Shown here: in pieces, positions 35,002 to 43,907 of the stretch | How positions within the stretch are numbered: position 1 is the first letter of the stretch | Layout: each line of letters begins with the position of its first letter | Sequence record: SRR20825010_2819 | Length of the DNA stretch: 43,907 nt | Reading direction: 5' to 3' (one strand) | The notes under the pieces: model-generated | Databases searched by the model: none | Told to the model about the DNA's origin: nothing | The model's input: only the letters and a program-made list of their open reading frames with translations | Position numbers and translations under genes: made by a program

Positions 35002-37091
35002 GAAACCGACGCCGTAACGTTACGTTCTGCCCCGAAGTAACAGAAGTCCAGACTGTTGTAGCAGGACGCCACGTATTCCTTGTCCAGCAGATTGTTCACG
35101 TTCAGCCGGGTAGAAACGCCTTCCAGGCCGAGCTTGCTGAAATCGTAGCCCAGTGCCAGATCCACCAGGGTGTAGTCCGGCACCTTTTTGGTGTTGGCAT
35201 CATCGGCGTATATGTCCGCGTTGTGACGGACACCCAATCCCGCGTTTGCCCCGTTAAGGACTCCCTGCGTGAACCGGTAACCGGCCCACAGGGTCAGCTG
35301 GTGTTCCGGCACCTGGCTGGCGGCATTGCCCTCGCGATAGGCCTCGGACTTCTCAAAGGTGACGTCCGTGAACGCATATCCGGCCTGGACATTCAGGTTC
35401 TCCGTCAGCTGCGCCTTGGCTTCCAGCTCCACACCCTGGGACTCAATCTCACCAATGCTGCGGTAGAAGGACTCCTGTGGCTGCTTGGTGGCCAGATTCT
35501 CCTGGTTGATGCGGAACAGAGAGAGCGTATACAGGTCCGTGGTTCCCACCGGCTGGTACCTAAGCCCGGTTTCTATCTGCTTGCCTTCACTCGGGGCCAG
35601 CAGGTCGCCGTTCTCGTCGGTATAGGCGCTGGGCGAAAACGACGTGGAGTGGGACACGTAGGGTGCAATGCCGTTGTCGAACAGGTAGAGCAGCCCGGCA
35701 CGGCCACTGAACTGGGTTTCGTCCAGCTCTGTCACTACACCGGTGTCACGATTGGTGTTCTCGATCTCCACCCAGTCGTAACGGCCACCCAACGTCAACC
35801 GCCAGCCACCGGTGGCCAGCTGGTCCTGCAGATAGACCCCGGTCTGTTTCTGCTTACGGAGATTGCGTTGCGGGGGGTATAGGGCAGAGGGATCGGCCCC
35901 GTACTCAGGATTGAAGGCATCGATGGCCGGAAAGGCGCCCGACGGCCAGACCACGTCGTTCTCACGCTGCTGATAGTCCACCCCCACCAATACGGTGTGA
36001 TCCACCGCGCCAGTCGTCAATTCCCCCTGAATCTGGTTATCAACGGTGAGTGCCTGCAGATCCTCATCGCCACCGGAGTAGTAGCGGTTAAGCTCAGTGG
36101 CCGAGGCCCAGCCGTAGGCATAGACCTGTTTCAACTCAACGTCCGAATCCAGGTAACGGGCTTTCTGCAAGGCGGACCAGTTACGGTTGATTCGATGCTC
36201 CAGATCGTACCCCACCATGGTCATGTCGCGCCGGAAAAGGTCGTAGTCCGGTTCGCCCTCAAAGAAGGTGTTGTCGATTTTCTGGCCGTTGCGGGACTCC
36301 ACCGTGCCCTCGTACGGCAAACCGCTGTGGTAGCCACCTTCCGGATCACGTTGAAGGTAGGCCAGCAGAGTCACGCTGGTCTCGTCGGTCATGTCCCAGG
36401 TCAGCGACGGGGCAATGGCGCGACGGTCCAGTTCCACGTGGTCCTGTTGCGCGTCAGCAGCGGAAGCAATGCCGGTCACGCGATAGGCAACCCGTTGCTC
36501 ATCATCCACCGGACCGGTGACATCAAAGGCAAAGCTGCGCTGGGCGTTGTTGCCGAGCGAGACACGGATTTCCCCCCCATCCCGGAACTCCGGACGCTTG
36601 CTGGTCAGGGCAACAATCCCACCAGGGGAGCCCTGGCCGTAGAGAACGGAGGTCGGGCCTTTGACAATCTCAATGCGCTCAAGGAACCAGGGATCAATGG
36701 CGAAGGAGCTGTAGGAGCCACCGTCGTTCATCACCCGCAGGCCATCCAGATAGGTGTTGTTGATACTGCCATCGGAAAAACCGCGGAGAATCAGATAATC
36801 GTAGCGGTTGGAAGATCCCACCTGGTTCGTACCCACACCCGGGGTATAGCTGGCGGCGCGCTGCACCGTGCGGGCGCCTTTTTCCTCCCAGTCTTCACGG
36901 CTGACAACGGATACTGATTGCGGGGTTTCAATCACCGGTGTATCGGTTTTCGTCGCGCTGCGGGTCGCTGTTACGTTTAACGCATCCAGCATTTTCGGTT
37001 CGCCCTGTTCCTGGGCAACGGCTAATGGCGCGCCGGTGACACCGACAAGAGCCACGGCAACCGCAAACGACAAACGGGAATGTCGGAACAT
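34989..37091 (-). CDS. TonB-dependent siderophore receptor (FhuA/FoxA-like)
   Basis: Signal peptide, TonB box DALNVTA, SATKTDTPVIETPQSVSVV plug, ERIEIVKGPTSVLYG, and NNLLDKEYVASC...CYFG.ERN....SYRF. Confidence 0.93.
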   Translation of the reverse strand: MFRHSRLSFAVAVALVGVTGAPLAVAQEQGEPKMLDALNVTATRSATKTDTPVIETPQSVSVVSREDWEEKGARTVQRAASYTPGVGTNQVGSSNRYDYLILRGFSDGSINNTYLDGLRVMNDGGSYSSFAIDPWFLERIEIVKGPTSVLYGQGSPGGIVALTSKRPEFRDGGEIRVSLGNNAQRSFAFDVTGPVDDEQRVAYRVTGIASAADAQQDHVELDRRAIAPSLTWDMTDETSVTLLAYLQRDPEGGYHSGLPYEGTVESRNGQKIDNTFFEGEPDYDLFRRDMTMVGYDLEHRINRNWSALQKARYLDSDVELKQVYAYGWASATELNRYYSGGDEDLQALTVDNQIQGELTTGAVDHTVLVGVDYQQRENDVVWPSGAFPAIDAFNPEYGADPSALYPPQRNLRKQKQTGVYLQDQLATGGWRLTLGGRYDWVEIENTNRDTGVVTELDETQFSGRAGLLYLFDNGIAPYVSHSTSFSPSAYTDENGDLLAPSEGKQIETGLRYQPVGTTDLYTLSLFRINQENLATKQPQESFYRSIGEIESQGVELEAKAQLTENLNVQAGYAFTDVTFEKSEAYREGNAASQVPEHQLTLWAGYRFTQGVLNGANAGLGVRHNADIYADDANTKKVPDYTLVDLALGYDFSKLGLEGVSTRLNVNNLLDKEYVASCYNSLDFCYFGAERNVTASVSYRF

Positions 37092-37121
37092 GAAAGCCTC
37101 ACTTGGGTCTAACGATAATTT

Positions 37122-37140
37122 AATGCGAATTATTCGCTTT
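37122..37140. promoter_or_regulatory. Fur box upstream of the TonB receptor
   Basis: 19-bp AATGCGAAT-T-ATTCGCTTT (9-1-9 near-palindrome), preceded by GATAAT. Confidence 0.7.
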
Positions 37141-37156
37141 TAGATCCAGTATTAGA

Positions 37157-37190
37157 TATGCCAAGTGACGGATTTTGTATGCGGAACGAC
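37157..37190 (-). promoter_or_regulatory. Putative AraC-type tandem direct repeats
   Basis: GTCGTTCCGCATA and GTCACTTGGCATA (GTCnnTnnGCATA) on the minus strand with a 21-bp period, just upstream of the Fur box. Confidence 0.55.
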
Positions 37191-37202
37191 AAATACCGTG
37201 AT

Positions 37203-38165
37203 TCAAACGACGGTTTTGGGAGAAACACCGAACTGGCGCCGGAACGCGGTCGCAAAGTTAGTGGCATGTCGATAGCCGGACCGGTGGGCAGCCTGCTGAA
37301 CGGAGTATCCCTGCTCCAGGTAGTGCCAGGCCAGATTCAGCCGGCACTTACGCAAATACCCGAACACCGACAACCCGTAGGTCGCACGGAATTTACTACG
37401 CAAACTGCTGGGGCTCATTGCGGCACGGCTGGCGAGATCCGTCAGGGCATATTCTTCCGTCGGGGCAAATGCCAGCAGCTGACGAATAGCTTCCAGGCGT
37501 TGGTGCTCCTGGGAAGAAGCACGACTTTTCCGCTCAATTGCCGGCACCTGCTCCGGTAGACCATAACCCACCAACTGCAGAGCCAGACCTTCCAGCACCA
37601 GTGTTTTCTGAAGCTCAGGCAGCCTGGCGCCAAGGGATTGCTCAAGAGCCGTCATGAGAACCGGTGGAACGTCCCACAGCACTACCGGATCCTGCACCCC
37701 CCTGAGCAGGGCTCGCAGGGAACCCTGTTCGGTCTGCGACGGCAACGGGCCACCGGGATCAAAGGCCAACACAATGGTTTCCAGACGTTGGCCAGCGGGC
37801 TGATAGGCTTCCAGCGCATACTCCGGTCGTAATTGCAGGCTGGCGGCCATGCCACTCCCCAGCTCCCGCTGGACCGCACCAATCGACAGGCGAATGCGCC
37901 CTTCGAGCACGATCACCATCAACAGGGGCGCGTGACCCAGCGACACTGATTCGTAGCTGTGGGAAATCGTCAGATCGGAATGGGTGAAGCGAAACCCGGA
38001 AGGTAGAGGGGTTTCATCAATCCGCCCCCGCGCGATGATTGAATCGTCATCGGGGGCGTCATGGCCGTCGACGTCAGGAAAGCGATAGCTGATTCCGTAT
38101 TCGCGGCCAAAAGCCAGGAAATCCTGCCGGCCGAATGACGTTAATTCGGCACGATCGCCCAACAC
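37203..38165 (-). CDS. AraC family regulator (PchR/YbtA-like)
   Basis: C-terminal LASRAAMSPSSLRSKFRATYG.SVFGYLR..RL...SVQQAAHRSGYRHATNFATAFRRQFGVSP; the start codon is uncertain. Confidence 0.88.
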   Translation of the reverse strand: MLGDRAELTSFGRQDFLAFGREYGISYRFPDVDGHDAPDDDSIIARGRIDETPLPSGFRFTHSDLTISHSYESVSLGHAPLLMVIVLEGRIRLSIGAVQRELGSGMAASLQLRPEYALEAYQPAGQRLETIVLAFDPGGPLPSQTEQGSLRALLRGVQDPVVLWDVPPVLMTALEQSLGARLPELQKTLVLEGLALQLVGYGLPEQVPAIERKSRASSQEHQRLEAIRQLLAFAPTEEYALTDLASRAAMSPSSLRSKFRATYGLSVFGYLRKCRLNLAWHYLEQGYSVQQAAHRSGYRHATNFATAFRRQFGVSPKTVV

Positions 38166-39409
38166 TAGCCAGCAGCGCTCACTGTCGTGCCTGACAACGC
38201 GGGCTCAATGGCATCCGCCAGCATTTCAGCGGTGATCGCAGACAGGGTCCAGCCCAAGTGACCATGCCCCGTGTTATAGAACACCGTGGGCAACCGGCCC
38301 GGACCAACTCGCGGCATCATATTGGGCAGCATGGGGCGCAATCCCGCCCAGGGTACGACGCGACGGGTGCAAACCCCCGGGAAACACTGCTCGACCCATC
38401 GGGTGAGCGGCCGGATTCGGTCATCCCGGATATCACGGTTATAGCCGCTGAATTCCGCCGTACCCGCAACCCGGAACCGATCATCTCCCAGCCGGCTGGT
38501 GACTATCTTGGTGGCATCGTCCAGCAAACTGACCGTCGGTGCCGCTTCCTGGGAGGCTTGGTCGTCCAGCTCAACGGTGATGGAATACCCCTTCACCGGG
38601 TAAATGTTGACTCGGTCCCCCAGCTTGGCGGCCAGTTCCCGGCTACCCACGCCCGCACAGATCACCACACCATCAAAGGTGTCACGAGTTTGCTCTTCAC
38701 CATCAAACGAGGTGACCCAGGCGTGGGACTGATCCGCACTCAGTTCCGTCACCGAGTGCTCATAACAGGTTTTGACGCCGAGGCGAAGAATGGCCTCCGC
38801 CAGGCCATTGGTGAACTTATGGATATCACCGGTTGAATCGCTTTCGGTGTAGAAACCGCCGTAATAGGTCCCCGCCAGCGTGGGTTCAATAGCCCGCATT
38901 TCCTCGGGAGTGACCGCCCGACGTTCCAGGCCGCCGGCAGCCAGCAACCTGGAAACATTCGCCGCATGGTCGAACCCGGCCTTGTCACGGTAGATATGGA
39001 GGATGCCCTGCTTCTTCAGATCAAAGTCGATCCCTTCGTTCTGCGCCCAGGCAAACAGGTGATCCCGGGCGGCAATCGCAAGGCGTGCGGTTTCCGTGGT
39101 GTTCTGTTCGTACTGCGGAATCGCGGCGATGAACTCGGCGAACCAGCTCAGTTTGTGCCAGGAAGGCTTGGGGTTAACCAGCAGCGGCGCATCCCTCCGG
39201 GACATCCACTTAAGGCCCTTGATGATGGTCTGCCAGTTGTTCCAGACCTCAGCGTTGGAGGCGGACAGTTGGCCACCATTGGCGAAAGAGGTTTCCATCG
39301 CCGCATAACGGTGTTTCTCGTAAACGGTGACATCCAGGCCGCGCTTGGCCAGGGTGTATGCGGTGGTGATACCCGTGATACCACCGCCAATAACTGCAAC
39401 TCGCTTCAT
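38165..39409 (-). CDS. dadA: D-amino acid dehydrogenase (FAD-dependent)
   Basis: VAVIGGGITG, ETSFANGGQLS, IYPVKGYSIT, RVAGTAEF, WAGLRPM and NTGHGHLGWT. Confidence 0.9.
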   Translation of the reverse strand: MKRVAVIGGGITGITTAYTLAKRGLDVTVYEKHRYAAMETSFANGGQLSASNAEVWNNWQTIIKGLKWMSRRDAPLLVNPKPSWHKLSWFAEFIAAIPQYEQNTTETARLAIAARDHLFAWAQNEGIDFDLKKQGILHIYRDKAGFDHAANVSRLLAAGGLERRAVTPEEMRAIEPTLAGTYYGGFYTESDSTGDIHKFTNGLAEAILRLGVKTCYEHSVTELSADQSHAWVTSFDGEEQTRDTFDGVVICAGVGSRELAAKLGDRVNIYPVKGYSITVELDDQASQEAAPTVSLLDDATKIVTSRLGDDRFRVAGTAEFSGYNRDIRDDRIRPLTRWVEQCFPGVCTRRVVPWAGLRPMLPNMMPRVGPGRLPTVFYNTGHGHLGWTLSAITAEMLADAIEPALSGTTVSAAG

Positions 39410-39464
39410 AATACTCTCCAGGGGCGTCCAGGGTTTCCTTTCTCCACAGCATGGTAGAAAGCAC

Positions 39465-39670
39465 CCCTTCCGTCACTGGACCTGAGAGATTCACGCACCG
39501 TTCCAACGGAACCGGCCGCTTGCTCCTTCGGTGTGCCAACGGACGCAGTCGTTGGCAACTCTTCGGAAAGTCTTCATGTCAGCGGTCCTTTTGCCTGAGA
39601 GTTTCCGGGGCAGTTGCTCCTTCGGCGCCGAGTGCATGGTTTGCGACTCGATCTCTCCCGCTGACACCTC
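39465..39670 (-). ncRNA. Tandem glycine riboswitch
   Basis: Aptamer 1: GTCAGCGGGAGAG...CGCCGAAGGAGCAA...GAAACTCTCAGGCAAAAGGACCGCTGAC. Aptamer 2: TTCCGAAGAG...CACCGAAGGAGCAA...GAATCTCTCAGGT...GACGGAA. Confidence 0.93.
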
Positions 39671-39739
39671 ATTGTTCGACGAATACTAGCGTAACAGGGA
39701 CGCAAAAGTTGAACTCGCCCTGCAGAATATTAGCATACT

Positions 39740-39830
39740 CCGGGCAGCAGGCTCCGAGTTTGTACCACGCTACTCGACCGTCACACTCTTCGCCAGGTTC
39801 CGCGGCTGATCCACATCGGTGCCCTTGAGG
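39740..39830 (-). other. attTn7 site at the glmS 3' end, apparently unoccupied
   Basis: The glmS 3' end encodes [13 protein letters not shown] (TnsD-binding region). The sequence downstream leads directly into the glycine riboswitch, with no recognisable Tn7 end. Confidence 0.6.
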
Positions 39831-41602
39831 ACCGCAACATGGTACGAGAGGAGCTGCAGCGGCACGGTATAGACGATCGGTGACGTGATCGGATGTACCG
39901 ACGGCAGCGGCATCACGTGGATACCTTCCTGTGGCCGCACGTCCGCTGCCTGGTCGGCAAATACAAACAACTCGCCACCGCGGGCGCGAACTTCTTCCAG
40001 GTTGGATTTCAGCTTTTCCAGCAACTCGTTGTTGGGTGCCACCGTAACCACCGGCATCTCGCCGTCCACCAAAGCAAGGGGGCCGTGCTTGAGCTCACCC
40101 GCCGGATAGGCTTCGGCATGGATGTAGGAAATTTCCTTGAGCTTCAGTGCACCTTCCAGAGCCACCGGGAACATGGCGCCACGACCCAGGAACAGACTGT
40201 GGTTCTTGTCCATGAACGACTTCGACATTTCGGCGATATCGCCATCCAGTGCCAATACCTGATCCACCTGGCTGGGTAGTAGGCGAATCGCCTCAACAAT
40301 TTCTGCTTCGCGCGACTCTTCCAGGCCGTTGTGGCGAGCCAGCGCCAGGGTGAAGATCAACAGCGCGGTCAACTGGGTGGTAAACGCCTTGGTGGACGCA
40401 ACCCCGATTTCCGGGCCGGCCTGGGTCATGATCACCAGGTCAGATTCCCGCACCAGGGAGCTGCCGGGCACGTTGCAGATGGCCATGGCGGCGCGGAAAC
40501 CGGCCTTTTTCGCCTGGCGCAGGGCAGCCAGAGTGTCGGCGGTTTCGCCGGACTGGGAGATACACAGGAACAGGGTGTCCGGCTGAATCACATGCTTGCG
40601 GTAGCGAAACTCGGAGGCCACTTCCACGGAACAGGGCACGCCCGCCAGGTCCTCTATCCAGTAGCGTGCCACCATGCCGGCATGGTAACTGGTGCCACAG
40701 GCGATGATCTGAACATGGCGAACGTCTTCCAGCAGGTTGCCAGCCTGGGTACCCAGTGCCTGTTCCAGCACACGGGTGTTGGTAACCCGGCCTTCCGTTG
40801 TGGCGCGGATGACCCTCGGCTGCTCATGGATTTCCTTGAGCATGAAGTGGCGATACTCGCCTTTTTCGGCAGCGTCCTGGCTGTGTTCAAAACGGTTAAC
40901 CGCGCGTTCCACCAGCTGCTTGTTACGATCATGAATCTCAATGTGATCACGACGGATATCGGCGATATCCCCTTCTTCGAGGAACATGAAACGGTCGGTG
41001 ACAGGCAGTAACGCGAGCTGGTCGGAAGCGATGAAATTTTCGCCTATGCCGACACCCACCACCAACGGACTGCCTTCACGGCACACCACCATATGGTCTG
41101 GCTCGTCGGCATGAATCACTGCCAGCGCAAAGGCACCGCGCAAACGTTCAATGGCGGTGCTCACGGCCTCGTAAAGGCTGTTGCTGAGGCGGAACTGCTT
41201 TTCGATAAGGTGCGCAACGACTTCGGTGTCCGTCTGGGAGGTGAACTCAAACCCCTCGGCTTTCAGTTCTTCCCGTAGCTCCTGGTAGTTCTCGATAATG
41301 CCGTTGTGGACAATGGCCAGGCGGTCACCGGACATATGCGGGTGGGCATTGATCTGGGACGGTTCACCGTGGGTCGCCCAGCGGGTATGGGCAATGCCGG
41401 CGGCTCCCTCAAGCCCGTTTCCAGTGATGGCATCGGCCAGGGCCGCAACCTTACCCACTTCGCGGGCCCGGTTGATGGCTTGTTTGCCGTCAATTACGGC
41501 CATGCCGGCGGAGTCGTAGCCCCGATATTCCAGACGGCGCAGGCCTTCGAGAAGAATTCCCTGAACATCCCTTTCTGATACCGCACCTACAATGCCACAC
41601 AT
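39770..41602 (-). CDS. glmS: Glutamine--fructose-6-phosphate aminotransferase
   Basis: MCGIVG start (catalytic Cys1) at 41602, [27 protein letters not shown], and [11 protein letters not shown] end. Confidence 0.98.
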   Translation of the reverse strand: MCGIVGAVSERDVQGILLEGLRRLEYRGYDSAGMAVIDGKQAINRAREVGKVAALADAITGNGLEGAAGIAHTRWATHGEPSQINAHPHMSGDRLAIVHNGIIENYQELREELKAEGFEFTSQTDTEVVAHLIEKQFRLSNSLYEAVSTAIERLRGAFALAVIHADEPDHMVVCREGSPLVVGVGIGENFIASDQLALLPVTDRFMFLEEGDIADIRRDHIEIHDRNKQLVERAVNRFEHSQDAAEKGEYRHFMLKEIHEQPRVIRATTEGRVTNTRVLEQALGTQAGNLLEDVRHVQIIACGTSYHAGMVARYWIEDLAGVPCSVEVASEFRYRKHVIQPDTLFLCISQSGETADTLAALRQAKKAGFRAAMAICNVPGSSLVRESDLVIMTQAGPEIGVASTKAFTTQLTALLIFTLALARHNGLEESREAEIVEAIRLLPSQVDQVLALDGDIAEMSKSFMDKNHSLFLGRGAMFPVALEGALKLKEISYIHAEAYPAGELKHGPLALVDGEMPVVTVAPNNELLEKLKSNLEEVRARGGELFVFADQAADVRPQEGIHVMPLPSVHPITSPIVYTVPLQLLSYHVAVLKGTDVDQPRNLAKSVTVE

Positions 41603-41636
41603 GTCGCTCTCACCTGTCCGTTGTAAATCGTTTAAA

Positions 41637-43001
41637 TCACTTTTTCGTCGGCCGTTCCCAGCCGGAGATATTGCGCTGGCGAGCTCGTGCGACCGCCAGC
41701 TCACTCTCCGCTACATCACGGGTGATGGTAGAGCCCGCACCGATGGTGGACCCAGAGGCAACGCTGACCGGTGCCACCAGTGAAGTGTTGGACCCGACAA
41801 ACACGTCATCACCAATAACGGTTCTGGACTTGTTCACCCCATCATAATTACAGGTGATGGTTCCTGCACCCACATTTACGTTACGGCCAAGTGAGGTATC
41901 GCCAACGTAACTGAGGTGGTTGATCTTGCTGCCCTCGCCAACATCGGCTTTCTTGGTTTCGACAAAGTTGCCCACCTTGGTCCTGGCCGCCAGCCGGGTA
42001 CCCGGCCGGAGACGTGCAAACGGTCCGATACTGGCGCCTGCACCCACATCCGCACCCTCGATCACTGAATGCGCTTCAATTTTTGCACCAGCCGCAATCT
42101 GGCTGTCCCGTATCACACAACCCGGCCCGATACTGACGCCGTCCGCCAGGGACACCTTGCCTTCGAACACTACGTTAACATCGATCAGCACATCCTGGCC
42201 CACGGACACCTCGCCACGCACGTCAATACGGGCGGGGTCAGCCAGGGTGGCGCCCTCAGTCATCAAACGGTCCGCTTCCTGACGCTGCACCCAGCGCTCA
42301 AGTTCGGCAAGTTGAAGACGGTTGTTAACGCCCTGGACTTCGTATTCGCTGGCAGGCTGGGCAACGGCGATTTCCACACCGCGATCAGCCGCCATGGCAA
42401 TGATGTCGGTCAGGTAGTACTCACCCTGAGCATTACGATTGGAGAGCTGCGGCAACCAGTCCTTCAAGTGGCGTGACGAGACCGCCAGGATGCCGGTATT
42501 TACCTCCCGGATTTGTTTCTGGGCGTCAGTGGCATCCTTCTGTTCCACGATCGCACGCACCTTGCCACTGTCATCCCGCAGGATACGCCCGTAACCATCC
42601 GGCGTTTCCAGGTTCACGGTCAACAACGCGAGTGAACGATCACTTACTTGAGAGACCAGGTTCTGGAGCGTTTCAACGTTGGTTAGCGGTACGTCGCCAT
42701 AGAGAATCAACACCCGAGCCTCATCCGGCAGAGCCGGCAAGGCCTGAGCAACCGCGTGGCCAGTGCCCAGTTGCTGTTCCTGCAGTGCCCAGATGAGATC
42801 TTCGGCGGGGGTAATCTGCCGAACCTGCTCCGCACCATGTCCAATGACGCCATGGATACCGGAGGCGCCCAATTGGCGGGCGGTATCAATAACGTGATGG
42901 AGCATGGGCTTGCCAGCCACCCGGTGGAGAACTTTCGGCAGCGACGATTTCATTCTTGAACCCTGGCCGGCGGCCAGAATCACAACGTGAAGGGGAGTCA
43001 T
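41637..43001 (-). CDS. glmU: Bifunctional UDP-GlcNAc pyrophosphorylase / GlcN-1-P acetyltransferase
   Basis: [32 protein letters not shown], hexapeptide repeats and [11 protein letters not shown]; start MTPLH at 43001. Confidence 0.97.
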   Translation of the reverse strand: MTPLHVVILAAGQGSRMKSSLPKVLHRVAGKPMLHHVIDTARQLGASGIHGVIGHGAEQVRQITPAEDLIWALQEQQLGTGHAVAQALPALPDEARVLILYGDVPLTNVETLQNLVSQVSDRSLALLTVNLETPDGYGRILRDDSGKVRAIVEQKDATDAQKQIREVNTGILAVSSRHLKDWLPQLSNRNAQGEYYLTDIIAMAADRGVEIAVAQPASEYEVQGVNNRLQLAELERWVQRQEADRLMTEGATLADPARIDVRGEVSVGQDVLIDVNVVFEGKVSLADGVSIGPGCVIRDSQIAAGAKIEAHSVIEGADVGAGASIGPFARLRPGTRLAARTKVGNFVETKKADVGEGSKINHLSYVGDTSLGRNVNVGAGTITCNYDGVNKSRTVIGDDVFVGSNTSLVAPVSVASGSTIGAGSTITRDVAESELAVARARQRNISGWERPTKK

Positions 43002-43048
43002 ACGATTACCACGCTCCGGATCGGTAGCCAGTTTCAATGCCTGAATAC

Positions 43049-43114
43049 AAAAAAACCGCACCCTTGGTTGCCTGACAACGTTTCGCTGTTCTCAGGCGAC
43101 TCAGGATGCGGTTT
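43049..43114 (-). terminator. Long-stem terminator of the atp operon
   Basis: Minus strand AAACCGCATCCTGAGTCGCCTGAGAACAGCGAAACGTTGTCAGGCAACCAAGGGTGCGG followed by a T run; an extended imperfect hairpin. Confidence 0.75.
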
Positions 43115-43143
43115 CGGTGATCGGCAGTCCCGAACAGAAATGC

Positions 43144-43566
43144 TTAACGCATCTTGTTGCGCAGCTGCTGGATGGTGCGAAGCTGGGCAACAGCTTCGGC
43201 CAACTCGGCAGCGGCACGGGAATACTCGAACTCACCCGTTTGGTTGGCGAGTGCCTTCTCAGCCTCACGCTGAGCTTCGATCGCCGCTGCTTCGTCCACA
43301 TCCTTGGCACGGACAGCTGTGTCCGCGAGCAGCGTTACCAGATTCGGCTGAACTTCCAGATAACCACCAGACACGTAGAGGATCTCCTCCTCTCCGCCCT
43401 GCTTGATTATCCGGATAGGACCCGGCTTAAGCTGGGTCAGCAGCGGCGTATGACCCGGGGCAATACCCAGGTCACCTTCAGAGCCCGCTGCGATCAGCAT
43501 TTCAACCAATCCGGAATAGATCTTTGTTTCGGCACTTACCACGTCACAATGCACGGTCATACCCAT
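43144..43566 (-). CDS. atpC: F1 ATP synthase epsilon subunit
   Basis: [52 protein letters not shown]. Confidence 0.97.
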   Translation of the reverse strand: MGMTVHCDVVSAETKIYSGLVEMLIAAGSEGDLGIAPGHTPLLTQLKPGPIRIIKQGGEEEILYVSGGYLEVQPNLVTLLADTAVRAKDVDEAAAIEAQREAEKALANQTGEFEYSRAAAELAEAVAQLRTIQQLRNKMR

Positions 43567-43613
43567 GTTGTTGCCTCTCTGATCGATCCGGAAACAAGCG
43601 CTTTAGGCTCAGA

Positions 43614-43907
<294 letters not shown>

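Noticed and set aside
25129-38165. Catabolic and iron-uptake block as a mobile genomic island
   Set aside because: No integrase, transposase, tRNA or flanking direct repeats were seen. It may be accessory, but mobility cannot be supported from this window.
41603-41636. glmS ribozyme or a DeoR-type glmR gene between glmU and glmS
   Set aside because: The spacer is only 34 nt, with no room for either.

Overview
This is a ~44 kb chromosomal window from a marine gammaproteobacterium; gene content and composition suggest Marinobacter or a relative (inference). The right end is the conserved atpD(partial)-atpC-glmU-glmS block, and the attTn7 site after glmS appears empty. Moving left from glmS: a tandem glycine riboswitch ahead of dadA, an AraC regulator and a Fur-boxed TonB siderophore receptor; a cyclohexanecarboxylate (bad-ali) catabolic cluster joined to pimCD-like and gcdH genes, with a BadR-type operator; nhaB; a DUF3047-like gene; class Ia nrdAB under tandem NrdR boxes and a cobalamin riboswitch whose switching helices can be read from the sequence; a LysR-mmsA-GMC dehydrogenase unit (3-hydroxypropionate type); a LysR/fatty-acid-hydroxylase pair; a five-gene ECF sigma module; kefC; a 1.1k-aa GlyGly-CTERM surface protein; a quinone reductase; an HDAC-family deacetylase; and a partial ahpC with an OxyR site. 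The best candidate for an undescribed system is the ECF module (8055-12363): anti-sigma, sigma, S8 protease, outer-membrane barrel and a low-complexity secreted protein. It has three identically spaced GGAAT-N16-CGT[TC] promoters and an internal terminator, and the protease pro-region and the small secreted protein share an unusual 4-residue hydrophobic repeat. No rRNA, tRNA, CRISPR array or IS element was seen.
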